From an uncultured bacterium (GTDB lineage Bacteria; UBP7; UBA6624), in the NCBI GenBank assembly GCA_964012435.1, contig CAXGSM010000005.1, positions 1-64,000 on the forward strand: a stretch of DNA of 64,000 bases. Direction: 5' to 3'. The stretch's first letter is position 1. Each line of letters begins with the position of its first letter. Shown here in pieces: positions 60,797 to 64,000 of this stretch. The notes below the pieces were generated by a model. The model did no database searches. It was not told the origin of the DNA and worked only from the letters and a program-made list of their open reading frames with translations. Made by a program: the position numbers and the translations under genes.

Positions 60797-62739
60797 TTAT
60801 TTGCAGCTTCATTTGCTGCAATTACTTTTTTCGTTTGATCTGCTGGTAGAGGTTCGTATGTGTGAAACTCCATATCAAAAAAACCATCACCTTTTGCAAT
60901 AGATCTTAAGGTGTTGTCGTATTTATACATTTCCATTAAAGGGACTTCAGCCTTGATCACTGTCAAGCCTTGTCCGCTTGCATCTTGGCCCAATATCCTT
61001 CCTCTTCTTGCGTTAAGGTCTCCAATAATTTCACCCATTAAATTGTCTGGAACAGTTATATTTACCTTGTAAATTGGTTCAAGTATTATTTTTTGACACT
61101 GGCTTTCTAGCATTCTGAAACATTGCAATCCTGCTATTTGAAAAGATATATCATTTGAATCAACATCATGTGTTTTTCCATCAAAAACAGACACTTCTAT
61201 ATCTACAACTTGGGTTCCAATCAAAGAACCCTTCTCCATGCCTTGAGAAACTCCTTTCTCTACAGAGCTTATAAATTTTTTAGGTATTTTTCCACCAACA
61301 ATATTATCCTCAAACTTAAAGCCTTCATCTCGCATCAAAGGGGTAACCTTTAATGCACATTCACCGAATTGACCAGAACCACCAGATTGTTTTTTATGTC
61401 GATATGTTGCACTTCCTGTGCCTGTGAAGGTTTCTTTGTAAGGTATTTTTGGAGCTGATGCTATTGCTTTAACTCCAAATTCATTTTGTGCCCTTGAGGA
61501 CAGGACAGAAAGCTGTATTTCTCCAAAGCACTCAATAACATTTTGGTGTGTTTCTGATTTGTAGCCATAAACAACTGCAGGATCCTCCCTCAAGAGTGTT
61601 TTTATTGCGTCACTTACTTTAGTTGCATCTTTTTCTGTTTCTGAATCGATTGCCTCCCATGATGTTGGCTTTGGAAAAGGTATATCATTGAGCTTTCCCC
61701 CTTTGCCAAGAGTGTCTCCACCTAGTGCACTTTTTAATTTAACAAGTGCAACAATGTCTCCAGCCTCTACGCAATCAACACCTTCTCTATCTCCAATATT
61801 CACCTTGTAAAGCTGTGTCAATCTTTCGTTATCTGCATTACGACTATTCTTCAAGGTGTCTCCTTTGTTTATTTTGCCGGAAGCAACTCTTGCATATTGA
61901 ACCTCACCCATTTTTCCTTCATGGCGCGTTTTGAATATCTGTAAGGCAGGTTCCGGTTTGCCTAAAAGTCCAGATCTTTCTGAAAAAATGGAATTTTTTG
62001 GACCCGGAAATAGATTTCCGATAGTGTTTGCTAGGCTTTCTGTACCTTTTTGTGAAATGGATGAATAAAAAAGAACTGGAACTATTTCTGACTTCAAAAC
62101 ACCATTTGCAAAAGCTTGTTTAAGCTTATCAAAAGGTAGTTCATCACCTTCGAAATATGCTTCCATTAATTCCTCATCCTGTTCGACAACTTTTTCTAGC
62201 AATGATTCTGGAAGATCAGAACCTTCTGCAAGTAGTTCAGTTGGCTCATCAAAATCATTTCCGCTATTGATATTTGTTTGAAATGGAACTACGGAATCAA
62301 CTCCAAAATCTTGCCAGCAATCAGCATTGGCATTGGCATTATCCATCCTTGAAACAACAACCATGACCGGTAGCTTTAAAGATTGAGCCTCTGCTAATAA
62401 TCTCTTGGAGGCCATATCTACTCCCACAGTCGGATCAATGACAAGCAAAGCAGCATCTGCAACTGCCAAACCAGCAGTCCTGTCACATCGAAAATCATTT
62501 GCTCCTGGAGTGTCGATCATTTGGAATCTATAATTTCCAAAATCAAAACAAGCCGGACAGAGGAATAGGCTCATTTTCCTATCCTTTTCCTCCTGATGAA
62601 CAGCAATTCTGCTTGTTCCTTTTTGCAATTCACCAAGCCTGGTCACTGCTCCAGCTTTAAAAGCCATTGATTCAATTAATAGAGTTTTACCAACTCCAAG
62701 ATTTCCTATAACTGCGATTGTTCTTGTTTCTTTTGACAT
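60793..62739 (-). CDS. Elongation factor G paralog (EF-G2-like)
   Basis: EF-G domains (EDP, PYKET, HKKQSGGSGQFG, HDVDS, LEPI..RRG) with degenerate G motifs. Confidence 0.9.
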   Translation of the reverse strand: MSKETRTIAVIGNLGVGKTLLIESMAFKAGAVTRLGELQKGTSRIAVHQEEKDRKMSLFLCPACFDFGNYRFQMIDTPGANDFRCDRTAGLAVADAALLVIDPTVGVDMASKRLLAEAQSLKLPVMVVVSRMDNANANADCWQDFGVDSVVPFQTNINSGNDFDEPTELLAEGSDLPESLLEKVVEQDEELMEAYFEGDELPFDKLKQAFANGVLKSEIVPVLFYSSISQKGTESLANTIGNLFPGPKNSIFSERSGLLGKPEPALQIFKTRHEGKMGEVQYARVASGKINKGDTLKNSRNADNERLTQLYKVNIGDREGVDCVEAGDIVALVKLKSALGGDTLGKGGKLNDIPFPKPTSWEAIDSETEKDATKVSDAIKTLLREDPAVVYGYKSETHQNVIECFGEIQLSVLSSRAQNEFGVKAIASAPKIPYKETFTGTGSATYRHKKQSGGSGQFGECALKVTPLMRDEGFKFEDNIVGGKIPKKFISSVEKGVSQGMEKGSLIGTQVVDIEVSVFDGKTHDVDSNDISFQIAGLQCFRMLESQCQKIILEPIYKVNITVPDNLMGEIIGDLNARRGRILGQDASGQGLTVIKAEVPLMEMYKYDNTLRSIAKGDGFFDMEFHTYEPLPADQTKKVIAANEAANK

Positions 62740-62774
62740 AATAAGAATATTCTAAAAAAATTATTTAATTTTTT

Positions 62775-63998
62775 TTAATTTTCAGGTGTTTCGATATTGG
62801 CAAGAGACCAGGTTAATGCTGCAATATGAGCCAAACCTTCCTTGAATTCATTCTCATCAATTTTGTCCAATGTGTCTGAAGGGGCATGATGGTAATCAAA
62901 ATACCTTACCCCAATGTTTCTTAAACCGATTAAAAGAACACCATGCTCTCTCATTGGGCCAATATCAACACCACTGCCTTCTCCTATTAGATCCAAACCT
63001 GTTCCAGCCAATATGTTTTTAAGCATTTCTTTTTGCGTTTCATTACCTTCAGCAACCCATCCATTTGGCTTTTCAGCACCAAGATCCGATTCAATTGCAG
63101 CAAATGTATTTTCACCATATTCTTTTGAGTATTCAATTCCGCCTCTTGCACCATTTTCTTCATTGGTCCAAAGTATTGCTCTAATGGTTCTTTTTGGCTT
63201 TAAACCTAGTTTTTTGATTATGCTTAAAGTTTCCATTGCATGAACAACTCCAGCACCGTCATCAAAGGCTCCATGACCAACATCCCAGGCATCAAGATGT
63301 CCTGAAACCACAACTACTTCATCAGGATACTTGCTTCCTTTAATTTCACCGATGACATTATGTGAGAGCGCATCAGGATAAGTTTTTGCTGAAAGTTTCA
63401 TTTGAACCCTTATTGGAATGTTCATTTCCTGCATTTTAGCCATTGCCATAGCATCCTCAATCGTTACAGCCCCATAAGGTATTTTTTTATACTTGTTTGA
63501 ATAACCCATTCCACCTGTATGTGGAGTGTTCAAGCTGTTTATGGTAATTGACCTCAATAAAGCACCAACAGCACCATGTTTTGCTGCTTCTATCGCTCCT
63601 GAATACCTAAACCTTGAAACCGCTCCATAACCCTCTAGTGAACTCTCTGGCATTGGGATATTAAAAAGAACTATCTTACCTGCAACATCAGAATTTAATT
63701 CTTCTACGCTATTGACCACAACAACATCAGCTACTATAGGCTCGATTTCATTTTCTTTATTTAAGGTTGCTACAGATCCACCAAAAGAAAGAAAGCTCAT
63801 CTTTTTTAGATAAGGCTGTACAAGAAATAAAGACTCCTCATTTCTTTCCCAATGAGGGACCATCACTTCTTGCAAAAAAGATTCAATGCCTTCCTCTTCA
63901 AAGGATTTTTTACCCCAAACTACAGCCTCCTCCAAGCCTTTACTTCCTGAAAGCCTGTGTCCTATAGTTAGACATAATTCAGCTAATTTATTCATTGA
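62775..63998 (-). CDS. M28 family peptidase (carboxypeptidase Q-like, PA domain), probably 5'-truncated by the window edge
   Basis: GHRLSGS, PHTG, GHLDAWD, GAFDDG, NEENG, ESD, YHH..DT; frame open to the window end. Confidence 0.88.
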   Translation of the reverse strand, partial: SMNKLAELCLTIGHRLSGSKGLEEAVVWGKKSFEEEGIESFLQEVMVPHWERNEESLFLVQPYLKKMSFLSFGGSVATLNKENEIEPIVADVVVVNSVEELNSDVAGKIVLFNIPMPESSLEGYGAVSRFRYSGAIEAAKHGAVGALLRSITINSLNTPHTGGMGYSNKYKKIPYGAVTIEDAMAMAKMQEMNIPIRVQMKLSAKTYPDALSHNVIGEIKGSKYPDEVVVVSGHLDAWDVGHGAFDDGAGVVHAMETLSIIKKLGLKPKRTIRAILWTNEENGARGGIEYSKEYGENTFAAIESDLGAEKPNGWVAEGNETQKEMLKNILAGTGLDLIGEGSGVDIGPMREHGVLLIGLRNIGVRYFDYHHAPSDTLDKIDENEFKEGLAHIAALTWSLANIETPEN

Positions 63999-64000
63999 GT

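Noticed and set aside
1..64000. CRISPR array, defence system, IS element or rRNA
   Set aside because: No regularly spaced repeats, cas, transposase or nuclease motifs seen, and intergenic gaps are too short for an array or rRNA.
1..64000. Taxonomic assignment
   Set aside because: Signals are mixed (Bacillus/Chloroflexi-like caa3 and ctaG, Chlamydia-like RNR, rny-ymdB, exported periplasmic-type proteins); a marker gene phylogeny is needed.

Overview
AT-rich, very tightly packed bacterial chromosome segment with about 57 CDS and 2 tRNAs, and many ATGA/TGATG/TAATG start-stop overlaps. Content is mostly housekeeping: maeB, a heterodimeric ABC exporter, a GyrA-type topoisomerase, sco plus a caa3-type cytochrome c oxidase cluster (ctaA-ctaB-ctaC-ctaD-ctaE-ctaF-ctaG), rpmE-prfA-prmC-tsaC, ndk, nrdB-nrdA-dcd, ssb-cinA-recA-rny-ymdB, acs, ispG, csoR-copA with its operator, a DUF1800/DUF1501 pair and an EF-G paralog. 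I saw no mobile elements, CRISPR arrays, inteins or rRNA. The most interesting observations are: (1) oxidase subunit IV fused to an azurin/auracyanin-like blue-copper domain, in an oxidase whose subunit II already carries a cytochrome c; (2) a ~125-aa insertion in the GyrA C-terminal pinwheel that reads like nested sandwich-barrel hybrid motifs; (3) a structured ~95-nt leader between a near-consensus sigma70 promoter and a class Ic-like (no radical Tyr) ribonucleotide reductase operon; (4) a probable ATT start codon on a metal transporter; (5) an EF-G paralog with degenerate GTPase motifs; (6) a prolyl oligopeptidase with an extra N-terminal domain and a DsbA-YceI fusion. All calls come from reading motifs by eye; no database searches were run.
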